Source: a virus
Taxonomy: Duplodnaviria; Caudoviricetes
Direction: 5' to 3' (one strand)
Length of the DNA stretch: 64,000 nt
IMG/VR virus record: IMGVR_UViG_3300026549_000043
Span: 32,001 to 96,000 of that record
Shown piece after piece: positions 10,059 through 18,770 of this stretch. A program made the position numbers and the translations under genes. The number at the start of each line of letters is the position of its first letter. The stretch's first letter is position 1. The notes beneath the pieces are model-generated. The model did not search any database. It was not told the origin of the DNA and saw nothing but the letters and a program-made list of their open reading frames with translations.

Positions 10059-10222
10059 TGGAAAAGAATGATAAAGAAAAAGTGATACCATCTAAGCCTG
10101 ATAAAAATGGATGGTTCAGGTGTCAGGTTTGTAATCAGATGGTAGGGAATGATAATTATTGTAAGAATTGTGGTCAGAGGTTAAAAGATGGATCTTGGAA
10201 AAAAATTCGAAGCTTTTTTTAA
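10058..10222 (+). CDS. Small zinc-ribbon protein (54 aa; not in ORF track)
   Basis: CQVC...CKNCGQ; TAATG coupling to upstream gene. Confidence 0.65.
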   Translation: MEKNDKEKVIPSKPDKNGWFRCQVCNQMVGNDNYCKNCGQRLKDGSWKKIRSFF

Positions 10223-10655
10223 AAAAAATTGGATAGATACTGTACCAGAATCATTTATTTATAGATTAAATGACCAGATGTCTGGTTATATGGGTTCAAG
10301 CAATATTAGTGATTTTATTTGTTATAAAAAGCCTGAGTTATTTTTAATTGAGTGTAAGGCCCACGCCGGGAATACATTCCCCTTCTCAGCTTTTAGGCAA
10401 TATGAGGATCTTTCTCACTGATCTGACTTAGAAGGAGTTCATCCTGGAGTAATATTATGGCTATATGACCATGATGTTATCCTTTGAATACCAATAAAAA
10501 CTTTTATGAAATTAAAATCAGAAGATAAAAAATCTTTTAATATAAAATATTTAGGTAACCCAGATTATGAAAATGTTATAATTCCAACAAAGAAATTAAG
10601 GACTTTCTTGGATGGTGATTATTCAGTTTTAATAGATTATTATAAGGAGAAGTAA
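10188..10655 (+). CDS. recU: RecU-like Holliday junction resolvase (2 in-frame TGA)
   Basis: GKKFE, SDF, IECK motifs; reading TGA at 10419 and 10485 as Trp extends the frame to TAA 10655, abutting the next ATG at 10656. Confidence 0.8.
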
Positions 10656-11213
10656 ATGATAAATATAGATAGGTCAAAATTAAAAGTCGAATATGATAAG
10701 ATTAAATCTTATCTTAAATATTACGATGAATATGGAGCTCCTTTAGTAGAAGAGTACTCTAAAGATTTAGATGAAAAAGTAGATGGTATAAATAATTACT
10801 TAAACCAATGTAGACAATATAATTTAGAATTTGATGTAGTATCTTTACAAAGAATAGTCATTGACCTATCTTCTACCATTTATTATACTTCTTCCAGATT
10901 GGAACAGGTTGAAATTCTGGCTGATATGGCCAAGCTATCTTATAAGGATAAATACAACGAGGCATATACTTCTAGACAGGGTGCTAGTAGGCAAGAAGAT
11001 AGAAAATATACCTCAGATCAATTAAGAGCCTTAGCCGACCAAGAAGCTGTTGAAGAAGAGTTAGTACATTTTATTTATGATCATTGTGCATCTATTTTAA
11101 AAGCTAAGATAGATGCTGCAAATGAGCTACTTAAATCATGTAGTAAATCATTGTCAGCTGAAATCACTTCAATGCAGGCAATGAATTATGTATCAAATAA
11201 GGCAGGTATGTAA
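10656..11213 (+). CDS. Helical protein, possibly UvsY-like recombination mediator
   Basis: Coiled-coil-like sequence between resolvase and nuclease; function is a guess. Confidence 0.4.
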   Translation: MINIDRSKLKVEYDKIKSYLKYYDEYGAPLVEEYSKDLDEKVDGINNYLNQCRQYNLEFDVVSLQRIVIDLSSTIYYTSSRLEQVEILADMAKLSYKDKYNEAYTSRQGASRQEDRKYTSDQLRALADQEAVEEELVHFIYDHCASILKAKIDAANELLKSCSKSLSAEITSMQAMNYVSNKAGM

Positions 11214-11950
11214 TGAAAGTATCTTATAGTCTACTAAACGCCTTTAATGCCTGTCCATTTCAATATAAATTAAAATACATTGATAAATTACAACCAAAAG
11301 ATGATTTAAGGCCAGATAATCCCTTATTTGTTGGCACTGCTTGCCATGAAGGCATTGAAAGTAGAGATATTAATCAAGCCTTGGAAAGTTATAAATCACA
11401 TTACCCTGAATTAAATTCTGAAAATGAATTTGAAATAGAAAAATTAAAAATAGTATTACCCAAGGCTATTTCTGAAATCCCCGAGTGTGAATTATATGAA
11501 TATAAACTAGAAGCTCCAGATGAATTTGTAGGGTATATAGATGGATTAGTTAAAGTTGATGATAATACTTATGACTTATTAGATTTTAAAACTAGTAATA
11601 ACGTCTCAAGTTATAAAAATAGTGGCCAAGTTCATATTTATAAATATTATTTTGAAAGATTAACTAATAATAAAGTTAGAGACTTATATTATGTATTTAT
11701 TCCTAAAGCTGATGAAAAATTAAATGAGAGTCTATCTAATAAAGAAAAGATATTAGAAGATTTAAAAAAGAAAGAAATTCATTTTGAAAAAATACCTTTT
11801 GATAAACAACAGGTAAATTATTTCTTTGCTAGAAAATCAATACTTGAGAAATCTAAAACCTTTAATAAAAGATATTCTTCTAAATGCAATTGGTGCCCTT
11901 TTAAAAAGTTTTGCAAATCAAATGGTTTAGATAAAAGCGAGCTGAAATAG
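11213..11950 (+). CDS. PD-(D/E)xK exonuclease, Cas4/AddB-like with Fe-S cysteines
   Basis: SYS...CP, GTACH, GYIDG...DFKT, Q...Y, CNWCPFKKFC. Confidence 0.85.
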   Translation: MKVSYSLLNAFNACPFQYKLKYIDKLQPKDDLRPDNPLFVGTACHEGIESRDINQALESYKSHYPELNSENEFEIEKLKIVLPKAISEIPECELYEYKLEAPDEFVGYIDGLVKVDDNTYDLLDFKTSNNVSSYKNSGQVHIYKYYFERLTNNKVRDLYYVFIPKADEKLNESLSNKEKILEDLKKKEIHFEKIPFDKQQVNYFFARKSILEKSKTFNKRYSSKCNWCPFKKFCKSNGLDKSELK

Positions 11951-12015
11951 TTTATTTCAGCTTTTATTTATTTTATAATAATAATGTAAATAAATAAAAG
12001 AGAGGTAAAGAAAAT

Positions 12016-12267
12016 ATGGTAAATCATGAATATTGGTTAGAAATATTTCCAAACGAAATAGCAAGCCACCCTTGGAAGGTATTAGTAACTGAGACTAGAA
12101 ATTATACCACAGTTGAAAATGTACTTTTAAGAACTGACCAAGAAGTTATAGATAAGGTAAGATCTTATCTTAGAAGATATGGTAAAGAGAATATAAAAAT
12201 TGGTGAACATGTATATTATGTAGGACCAAGATTTAAAAAAGAAATGTTATTAAATTTTGAGGAGTAA
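12016..12267 (+). CDS. Hypothetical protein
   Basis: Follows promoter and GAGGT RBS. Confidence 0.6.
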   Translation: MVNHEYWLEIFPNEIASHPWKVLVTETRNYTTVENVLLRTDQEVIDKVRSYLRRYGKENIKIGEHVYYVGPRFKKEMLLNFEE

Positions 12268-12271
12268 TGTA

Positions 12272-12916
12272 ATGGATGAAAAAGAATTAACTCTTAAGGC
12301 CAATGAAAATAAGAAATTATTTATTGAAGCTTTATCAAAGGTCAATCGTAGTGGTATACCTGAATTATTAGACTACCTTGAATCAACTGACTTTTACATC
12401 GCTCCAGCTAGTACAAAATATCATTGTAATTTTTACGGAGGTTTATGTGAACATTCTTTGAATGTATACCGAAACATTTTAAAATTAAATAATGAATTTA
12501 ATTTAAATATTAATAATGACTCTTTAGTATTAGTGTCTCTTCTGCATGATATTTCAAAGGTAAATTTTTATGAAAAATATTTTCAGAATAAGAAGTTATA
12601 TTCACCATCAGGAAGTAAATATGACGATGGCGGTAGATACGATTGGGTTAGTGTAGAATCCTATAGAATTAAAGAACCTGAATTACGTTTTGTATCTGGT
12701 GAGCATGGATTTAATTCTTATATGATTATTAAGGATTTTATTGAATTAAACAATGAAGAAATATCAGCTATAGTTAATCATCATCTAGGCATGGACAATG
12801 GGTTCTGCTTTAAAGATATGAATGAAGTATGTGATAGATATCCTATAGTTACACTTCTTCATTTGGCTGACATGTGTAGTGTATACTTTACTGAGAATAA
12901 AACCTATCATGAATAA
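12272..12916 (+). CDS. HD-domain phosphohydrolase
   Basis: APAS.KYH...GGLCEHS...LHDISK...HG...HH...AD. Confidence 0.85.
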   Translation: MDEKELTLKANENKKLFIEALSKVNRSGIPELLDYLESTDFYIAPASTKYHCNFYGGLCEHSLNVYRNILKLNNEFNLNINNDSLVLVSLLHDISKVNFYEKYFQNKKLYSPSGSKYDDGGRYDWVSVESYRIKEPELRFVSGEHGFNSYMIIKDFIELNNEEISAIVNHHLGMDNGFCFKDMNEVCDRYPIVTLLHLADMCSVYFTENKTYHE

Positions 12917-13265
12917 AATTTTATATAATGAATTAAATAAAGTTACGGCTACTAAAATAGATTTTAAACCAGGAGATACTAAGATCTTTATACCAAGAAG
13001 TATAAAGATCTTAAATACTTCTTTGAAAAAAGGCGAAGTATATAGGATAAAATTAAAAAGTTTTATTCTAAATCCATCATCAGGTTCTACCTTAGCTTCT
13101 AATTGGAATAATGGTATCATTCCTAAGTATTCTGAATATTTAGTAGAAATTCTAGATGGGATGGCCAATATGATTAAAGTTAAGGGCGTAGCAGTTGATG
13201 ATGAGACCAGTTTATTTATAGGGTGGTTACCTATGGATGGATTTGAAACTTTATCTAAAGAATAG
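12909..13265 (+). CDS. Hypothetical protein
   Basis: Overlapping ATG, open frame. Confidence 0.6.
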   Translation: MNKILYNELNKVTATKIDFKPGDTKIFIPRSIKILNTSLKKGEVYRIKLKSFILNPSSGSTLASNWNNGIIPKYSEYLVEILDGMANMIKVKGVAVDDETSLFIGWLPMDGFETLSKE

Positions 13266-13313
13266 TTTAAATTTATTAAAAGTTATCCTATTATAATTAA
13301 GTGAGGTAAATAA

Positions 13314-13496
13314 ATGAGATTCTATGTTTTATTTAATAAAAACAAAATGTTATTTTTTAATTCTGTTTTTGAATCTGAGAGAAAAGCTTTAGAATTAGAA
13401 AAAAATCCAAAGATTTATTATTTAGAATATGGAATTGTTAATTACGATGGTTGGATAAATTCCATTATAGCAGTACTTAAATGTGAGGAGAATTAA
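13314..13496 (+). CDS. Hypothetical protein
   Basis: GAGGT RBS; coupled to dnaX. Confidence 0.55.
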   Translation: MRFYVLFNKNKMLFFNSVFESERKALELEKNPKIYYLEYGIVNYDGWINSIIAVLKCEEN

Positions 13497-14506
13497 TGAG
13501 CATTTCTTTATCAATTAAATATAGGCCAACTGATTTTGATCAAGTTGTTTTCCAAGAGCCTGTGATTAAAATTTTAAATCAACAGATACAAACAAATTCC
13601 TTTGTAAATTGTTATATGTTTGTGGGACCATCTGGTTGTGGGAAGACTACTATGGCTAGAATTATGGCAAATAAAATAAATAAAGGACTAGGGAGTCCAA
13701 TTGAAATCGACGCTGCTAGTAATAATGGTGTTGATAATGTAAGATTGATTATAGAACAAGCCGATCAAAGATCTCTTGATTCTGAATATAAAATCTACAT
13801 TATCGATGAATGTCATATGCTTACTACTCAGGCCTGGAGTGCTTTATTAAAGTTAATTGAAGAGCCTCCAAAGTATACTATTTTTATGTTCTGTACTACT
13901 GAAATCCAAAAGGTACCTGAAACTATAAAAAATAGATGCCAGCAGTTTAAGCTAAAGAGAATACCTCTTAATCTGATAAAAGATAGACTAGAACATATTT
14001 GTAAAATAGAGAAAATAAATTATTCAGATGAAGGACTAGACCAGATATCTAAATTATCTCTGGGAAGTATGAGGCAAGCTATTTCTTATTTAGATAAGTG
14101 CAAGGATTATTCTGATAAAGTAGACCTTGAAAATACTTTGCAGGTCTTAGGTAATTTCAGTTACGATATTTATTTTAGATTAATAAATGCTATTATTGAT
14201 AAGAATAAGAATGAGATTATTACAGTAATTGAAACTTTATATAATAATGGTGATGATTTAAAATTATTTATAGATTTATTATTAGATTTTACATTAGATT
14301 TAACTAAGTTTATTATTTTTAAATCATATGATATTATTAAAATACCTCAAACGTATAAGAAAGAAATAGAATATACAATCAACGTAGAAAATCCAGGAAA
14401 ATATTATAATCATTTGATTGATAAAATTCTAGAATTAAAACAATTAATTAAAAATGATACCCTGGATAAAACTTCAATTGAAGTATTTCTATTATCAAGA
14501 ATTTAA
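13496..14506 (+). CDS. dnaX: Clamp loader ATPase, DNA polymerase III gamma/tau-like
   Basis: KYRP, GPSGCGKT, EIDAASN, IIDECH, LLKLIEEPP, NRC. Confidence 0.93.
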   Translation: MSISLSIKYRPTDFDQVVFQEPVIKILNQQIQTNSFVNCYMFVGPSGCGKTTMARIMANKINKGLGSPIEIDAASNNGVDNVRLIIEQADQRSLDSEYKIYIIDECHMLTTQAWSALLKLIEEPPKYTIFMFCTTEIQKVPETIKNRCQQFKLKRIPLNLIKDRLEHICKIEKINYSDEGLDQISKLSLGSMRQAISYLDKCKDYSDKVDLENTLQVLGNFSYDIYFRLINAIIDKNKNEIITVIETLYNNGDDLKLFIDLLLDFTLDLTKFIIFKSYDIIKIPQTYKKEIEYTINVENPGKYYNHLIDKILELKQLIKNDTLDKTSIEVFLLSRI

Positions 14507-14520
14507 AGGAGTTGATTTAA

Positions 14521-14802
14521 ATGGCTGAATTTCGTAATTGTGAAGAATATGTATTAAATTTATTAAATGAATCTCAGAATGAAGTAGCCCACCAGGAAGA
14601 AGTTATTAGAGAACTTAATCAGAGGCTTGGTGAAATAATGGAATCTTTCCAGAAATTAAAAGATTTAATAGTTAGAAATAGTTCTTATCACGAAGGAATA
14701 AATTTTAACAGTTATATTTCATTTAACTCTTTAATTGAAGGATGGGATCCAGATTTCGATGAAATAATTAGGCTGGTACCTAAAATTCCTCAACCAAAAT
14801 AA
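14521..14802 (+). CDS. Hypothetical protein
   Basis: AAGGAG RBS, open frame. Confidence 0.6.
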   Translation: MAEFRNCEEYVLNLLNESQNEVAHQEEVIRELNQRLGEIMESFQKLKDLIVRNSSYHEGINFNSYISFNSLIEGWDPDFDEIIRLVPKIPQPK

Positions 14803-14829
14803 TAGGTATTTTCGTTAATCTCCAGTTGT

Positions 14830-14844
14830 TGCTAAATTTAAAAT
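14830..14844 (+). promoter_or_regulatory. Putative late promoter TGCTAAATT
   Basis: Same motif upstream of gene starts at 28846, 43148, 46027, 47768, 51998 and 59177. Confidence 0.6.
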
Positions 14845-14858
14845 AAGGAGATTATACT

Positions 14859-15053
14859 ATGAAAATTAAAGATTTATTCGAGTTGGTAGATGGTCTACCT
14901 AATTACATAAACGTTATCACTGATAAAGAAGATCATTTATATATTGGAGCTTATTCTAAAGCCCCAGAAGAAATAAAAGAATTAAAATTTACAAAAGCTA
15001 TATTAAATTATGATTCATGGGTAATTGTGGATCAAATATTATTCTATATTTAG
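14859..15053 (+). CDS. Hypothetical protein
   Basis: AAGGAG RBS after TGCTAAATT motif. Confidence 0.6.
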   Translation: MKIKDLFELVDGLPNYINVITDKEDHLYIGAYSKAPEEIKELKFTKAILNYDSWVIVDQILFYI

Positions 15054-15085
15054 TTTATATTTTACATTCCATAATGTATAATAAT
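15051..15085 (+). promoter_or_regulatory. Early/sigma-A-type promoter (TAGTTTA...TATAAT) upstream of the RNA island
   Basis: Member of a motif family seen more than 12 times in the window. Confidence 0.65.
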
Positions 15086-15104
15086 AATGTAATCAAAAAA
15101 AAGA

Positions 15105-15362
15105 TGGGTCAAACTCTTCGGAGTCATTTATGAGGTAATCATATATCACATAACTGTAAGGTAATGCAGAAAACAAAGGTTTTAGAGGTGTGTCAAAATC
15201 TGGGGATAACAGTTTGTAATATGATTACATTTACAGGTACGAGTCTTCCTTGTCTAAACATTAGGCCGTGACCTTAAAGGAAATGCTACCCTGAGTTGCA
15301 ATATGGAAACTCTAAAGCTAGTGTGGCCACACGATCAGTTAGATCTCTGAATAAAAGATCAA
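15105..15362 (+). ncRNA. Unassigned structured RNA
   Basis: GTAATCATAT...AACTGT pairs with ACAGTT...ATATGATTAC; ACTC-TTCG-GAGT tetraloop; no credible ORF. Confidence 0.45.
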
Positions 15363-15365
15363 CAT

Positions 15366-15463
15366 ACCTCGGTCTTACTGTCCGGTGACAGGAACGGTCT
15401 TCAAAATCGTAGGACACGGGTCCAACCGTGTTTATGAGGGCTCGACACCTTCCCGAGGTGCCA
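15366..15463 (+). tRNA. tRNA with UCA anticodon, Sec-like architecture (opal decoder)
   Basis: Acceptor ACCTCGG/CCGAGGT + G + CCA; D arm CTGTC-CGGT-GACAG; anticodon arm ACGGT-CTTCAAA-ATCGT; long variable arm ACACGG/CCGTGT; T arm GAGGG-CTCGACA-CCTTC; 98 nt. Confidence 0.85.
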
Positions 15464-15466
15464 TTT

Positions 15467-15541
15467 AGATCTTTGGTGTAATGGTAGCACAGCAGTCTCC
15501 AAAACTGTTAGGTGTGGGTTCAAGTCCTACAGGGTCTGCCA
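15467..15541 (+). tRNA. tRNA-Trp(CCA)
   Basis: Cloverleaf; anticodon loop CTCCAAA; GGTTCAAGTCC; ends GCCA. Confidence 0.93.
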
Positions 15542-15544
15542 GTT

Positions 15545-16200
15545 TACTCTCACCATACACTGAACGTATGCGTAATAAAGGTTCTACACCGTTCCTAACG
15601 GGTAAATCCTAGCGAAAGCTAAAAACGGTGTTTTCTTTGACAATAAATCTGCAATATGGACTATGACAGGTACCACTTAAAAGTCATAGAGAGACTCACT
15701 GGACAGAAAACCAGTCTGACGACAGAACGTCAGAGACAAATACCACCAAAATAGGAATAGTAAATGGTTTGCAAGTATAGAGTCTAAGCAGATTTAGAAT
15801 AAACCGCAGGAAGTGTGTAGCGGTATAGTAAGTGTCAAACATCTTCTGGTAGGGTGCAGACTCATAACAAAGAATCAGCCACTATCGTCGAATCCTATAG
15901 CCCATGGCTCTAATGGACTATGCGTGAAAGCCTGAAAAGGATAAAAAGAGCCTGAAACGCTAGGTAAAAATGAAGGTATAGGCATCGAGCCAACATTCAA
16001 TTAGTTGCCAAGACCTTAAGAAATGTTAGAGGTCTGAAATCTCAAGATAAAACTGGTGGTGCAGCCTTGAGTAAGTAATGCGAAACGTGCCTTCTGGGGC
16101 TTGCATTGTGCAAGCGACCACCAATAGGGCGGGTGGTAAAACATAGGCCGACTTCCTTGCTTAGAACGCTGAACGTAGGCGTGGATGAAGAAAGACTAAG
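15545..16200 (+). ncRNA. Large unassigned structured RNA region
   Basis: Richer in GC than flanks; many hairpins (TAGC-GAAA-GCTA, CTATGAC/GTCATAG, TCTGACG/CGTCAGA, TAAATCTGC/GCAGATTTA); lies between tRNAs; no credible CDS. Confidence 0.5.
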
Positions 16201-16203
16201 TAA

Positions 16204-16288
16204 CTTAACAGTGGTGGAATAGGTAGACACTGGGCAATGGTCGACTTGTCGAAGGAAATTATAAGGTGCAAATCCTTATCTGTTAAGA
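16204..16288 (+). ncRNA. tRNA-like RNA (Leu-type D arm, T arm, no canonical anticodon arm)
   Basis: CTTAACAG/CTGTTAAG stem; TGGTGGAATAGGTAGACAC; ATAAGG-TGCAAAT-CCTTAT. Confidence 0.55.
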
Positions 16289-16378
16289 TAGCTTACGAGT
16301 AACAAATAAACAAACTAGCCGTGGCGAGCTAGGTCGGTGAATATCGACTACAAGTGGTTCGACCCCACCGTAAGCTAT
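16288..16378 (+). ncRNA. tRNA-like RNA lacking a D arm
   Basis: ATAGCTTACG/CGTAAGCTAT 10-bp closing stem, two internal hairpins, GTGG-TTCGACC-CCAC T arm. Confidence 0.55.
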
Positions 16379-16385
16379 ATCATAC

Positions 16386-16876
16386 GTCAGGAGATGTTGA
16401 TTTAAGTCCAACCACTCAGACTGGTTAGAGCCTGAACGAGTGTAGTTTAAGAAAAATCCTGACAAAGTGTTGGTAGACAAGCATTAAAAGTCACTAAGAC
16501 AATAGGAGCTGCGTACATGGTTAAATTGGTGGGTAAGACACCCATACCACAGCAGATGCGTGTGATTGAAACTGCACACCCAACACTATTTCGTTTGGCA
16601 GTGTTCGAGAATAACTGCACACAAAGGGTTCACGATGGTACCTTACTTCACAACCTAGAGCAGTAAAGAAATGCCACAATAGGGCAAAGTAAAGAGACTA
16701 AAGGTAAATCGTTGTAAAAATGGTGATGAAATTGTTGCTCGTCTACGCGCGTAGAAAGAGTATCAGGAGCGTTTAGGCGTTCCTTGCAGTAGCAAATGGC
16801 CTCACGTACAGTACAGTTGGTCAACAGGTAGTAATGGTGCTGCCTGACCAGTGTTGGTTAGCAAAGCTGTACTTTA
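16386..16876 (+). ncRNA. Tandem stem-closed small RNA modules
   Basis: Closing stems GTCAGGA/TCCTGAC, AGTGTTGG/CCAACACT and AGTACAG/CTGTACT with internal hairpins. Confidence 0.4.
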
Positions 16877-16880
16877 ACAT

Positions 16881-16951
16881 TTCTCCGTCGTCTAATGGCA
16901 GGACATCTCACTTTGACTGAGACAATAGTTGTTCAACTCAACTCGGAGAAG
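16881..16951 (+). tRNA. tRNA-Gln(TTG), no encoded CCA
   Basis: TTCTCCG/CGGAGAA; TCTCA-CTTTGAC-TGAGA; GTTCAAC T loop. Confidence 0.88.
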
Positions 16952-16952
16952 C

Positions 16953-17026
16953 GCCGGATTAGTATAAAAGTATTACACCTGTCTTGTAAACAGGATAAAG
17001 CGGGGCAGTACCGTTATCCGGCCCCA
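16953..17026 (+). tRNA. tRNA-Thr(TGT)
   Basis: GCCGGAT/ATCCGGC + C + CCA; CCTGT-CTTGTAA-ACAGG; atypical T loop GGCAGTA. Confidence 0.85.
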
Positions 17027-17045
17027 CTAGAAAAGGAGATTCACT

Positions 17046-17255
17046 ATTAAAGACAAGATTAGAGTATCTGGCACAATCATAGATGTCTTGCCAGGAGATA
17101 AGTTCAAGATTCTTTTATCTAATGAGAGTGAAGTCATTGGGTATTTGTCTGGTAAGATAAGAAAGAATAGGATTAAAATTGTTGAAGGAGATTCTGTAGA
17201 CATAGAATTGTCTATTTATGACTTGTCTAAAGGTAGAATAGTATATAGGAATTAA
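17046..17255 (+). CDS. infA: Translation initiation factor IF-1 with ATT start (not in ORF track)
   Basis: KDKIRVSGTIIDVLPGDKFKILLSNESEVIGYLSGKIRKNRIKIVEGDSVDIELSIYDLSKGRIVYR is a clear IF-1; AAGGAG 7 nt before ATT. Confidence 0.88.
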   Translation: MKDKIRVSGTIIDVLPGDKFKILLSNESEVIGYLSGKIRKNRIKIVEGDSVDIELSIYDLSKGRIVYRN

Positions 17256-17257
17256 AT

Positions 17258-17500
17258 ATGGAAAAATTAGGGATAGATTTAATTAATAAGGTTACGGAGT
17301 TTATAGATGATTCAGATGATGACGAAGCCGTTGAATTAGTTTCTACTTTATATATGATGTTGGTAGAAGTATCTAGTTCAGCTACGATTCTTACTGTTGA
17401 AAATAGACTTTTAAACCGAGAACTCGAAGATTATTATGATGAAGAAGAAATTAATGAATTAAATGAAAAGATTAAATCCGATAGTAACTTAGTTTCATAA
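17258..17500 (+). CDS. Acidic hypothetical protein
   Basis: Open frame coupled to neighbours. Confidence 0.6.
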   Translation: MEKLGIDLINKVTEFIDDSDDDEAVELVSTLYMMLVEVSSSATILTVENRLLNRELEDYYDEEEINELNEKIKSDSNLVS

Positions 17501-17781
17501 TGGAAAATGATATTAAAGAATTTATTTTAAGAAGGTTCAACAACGATAGTAATTGGTTAAACGGTAATTGCTTATGGTTTTCATTAATTTTAAGTCTTCG
17601 TTTTCCAGGTGGGAATATATATTACCTCCCAGTAGATGGTCACTTTGTTTATGAATATAATTCAAAATACTATGATTGGTCAGGTGAAATATCTTGCCCA
17701 GAAAACAAATTAAAACTTAATGATCTGAAAGAATTAGATCCAACTTGATATAACAGATTAATCCGAGACTGTTTTTTATAA
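17500..17781 (+). CDS. Hypothetical protein (1 in-frame TGA)
   Basis: GNC...GH...YYD pattern; DPT(TGA)YNRLIRDCFL ends just before a terminator. Confidence 0.6.
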
Positions 17782-17826
17782 ATAGGGTAATAGTTTACTC
17801 TATTTTTATTTTAAGGTATAATATTT

Positions 17827-18015
17827 ATGATGGATGGATCAATAGTTAAATTTAAAGGAAAATATGGAATTATAAGAATTAAATCTAAGATTATTAATCA
17901 ATATGGTTATAAAAGTTTAAATAATGTTTATTTAGAAGATGGTAGTACTAGAATGTGTAGAGATGATGAATTAGAGGTATTAAATAATGATAGGACAAAA
18001 GAAGTTGAAGAATAA
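17827..18015 (+). CDS. Hypothetical protein
   Basis: Follows promoter at 17791. Confidence 0.5.
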   Translation: MMDGSIVKFKGKYGIIRIKSKIINQYGYKSLNNVYLEDGSTRMCRDDELEVLNNDRTKEVEE

Positions 18016-18766
18016 GATTGATACTTTTACTATTAACAATTTTCCTCACTCAGTTTTATTATTAGGCGAATATGGCTCTGAAAAAGAAGAAATCTGTGAA
18101 TATATCTCATTGAAGTTAGATATACCTACTTATGATATTACTAATCTAATCTCAGAGGAATATATTCATGATATATACTCAATGTTAAATTATGGGATTT
18201 ATATAATAAACTCTAATGAGATATCTGAGAGAGAGCAGAATATTTTATTAAAATTTTTTGAAGAGCCTAATCAATATATTTATATTATTTTATCGGCTGA
18301 AAGTAAAGCTAATTTATTAGATACTATTATCACTCGAAGTTATGAGATGAAGTTAGATAAATATTCTAAAGAAGAATTAATTCCTTTATGTAAAAATGAA
18401 TTAATCGATTTAGAACTAGAGCTAGCTAGTACTCCAGGGATGGTAGAGGAATTAAACCATTTAGATTTAAAGGCTTTAAATACTCTATGTGAAAACATAG
18501 TTAATAAATTATCGGTAGCTAACTATCAAAATACTCTTACTATAACAAATAAGATTAACTTTAAGGATGAATATGATAAATTCCCTCTGTGGGCCTTTGT
18601 TAAAGAATTAAGTAATGTTATTCTTAGATACATTTTAATCAATAACGAAATTAACCCGAACCTCTATTGGTTAATCAGTGATTTTAGAAAAAATTATATT
18701 TTCATGAATGACAAAAAAAGATATTTTGAAAATTTACTAACTAGAATGTGGTTGGAGGTTAGATAG
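17987..18766 (+). CDS. holB: Clamp loader subunit, delta-prime-like
   Basis: MIGQ, PHSVLLLG..G, QNILLKFFEEP, LLDTIITR; degenerate P-loop. Confidence 0.75.
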   Translation: MIGQKKLKNKIDTFTINNFPHSVLLLGEYGSEKEEICEYISLKLDIPTYDITNLISEEYIHDIYSMLNYGIYIINSNEISEREQNILLKFFEEPNQYIYIILSAESKANLLDTIITRSYEMKLDKYSKEELIPLCKNELIDLELELASTPGMVEELNHLDLKALNTLCENIVNKLSVANYQNTLTITNKINFKDEYDKFPLWAFVKELSNVILRYILINNEINPNLYWLISDFRKNYIFMNDKKRYFENLLTRMWLEVR

Positions 18767-18770
18767 TATA

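Noticed and set aside
11213-11950. CRISPR Cas4
   Set aside because: Solo Cas4-like nuclease in a recombination context, with no array or other cas genes
15366-15463. The in-frame TGAs encode selenocysteine
   Set aside because: TGA sites fall at Trp rather than Cys positions, and no selenoprotein context is visible; the tRNA's charging remains unresolved
15714-15740. Hammerhead ribozyme core (CTGACGA)
   Set aside because: The sequence is tied up in its own hairpin (TCTGACG/CGTCAGA) and lacks a correctly placed GAAA
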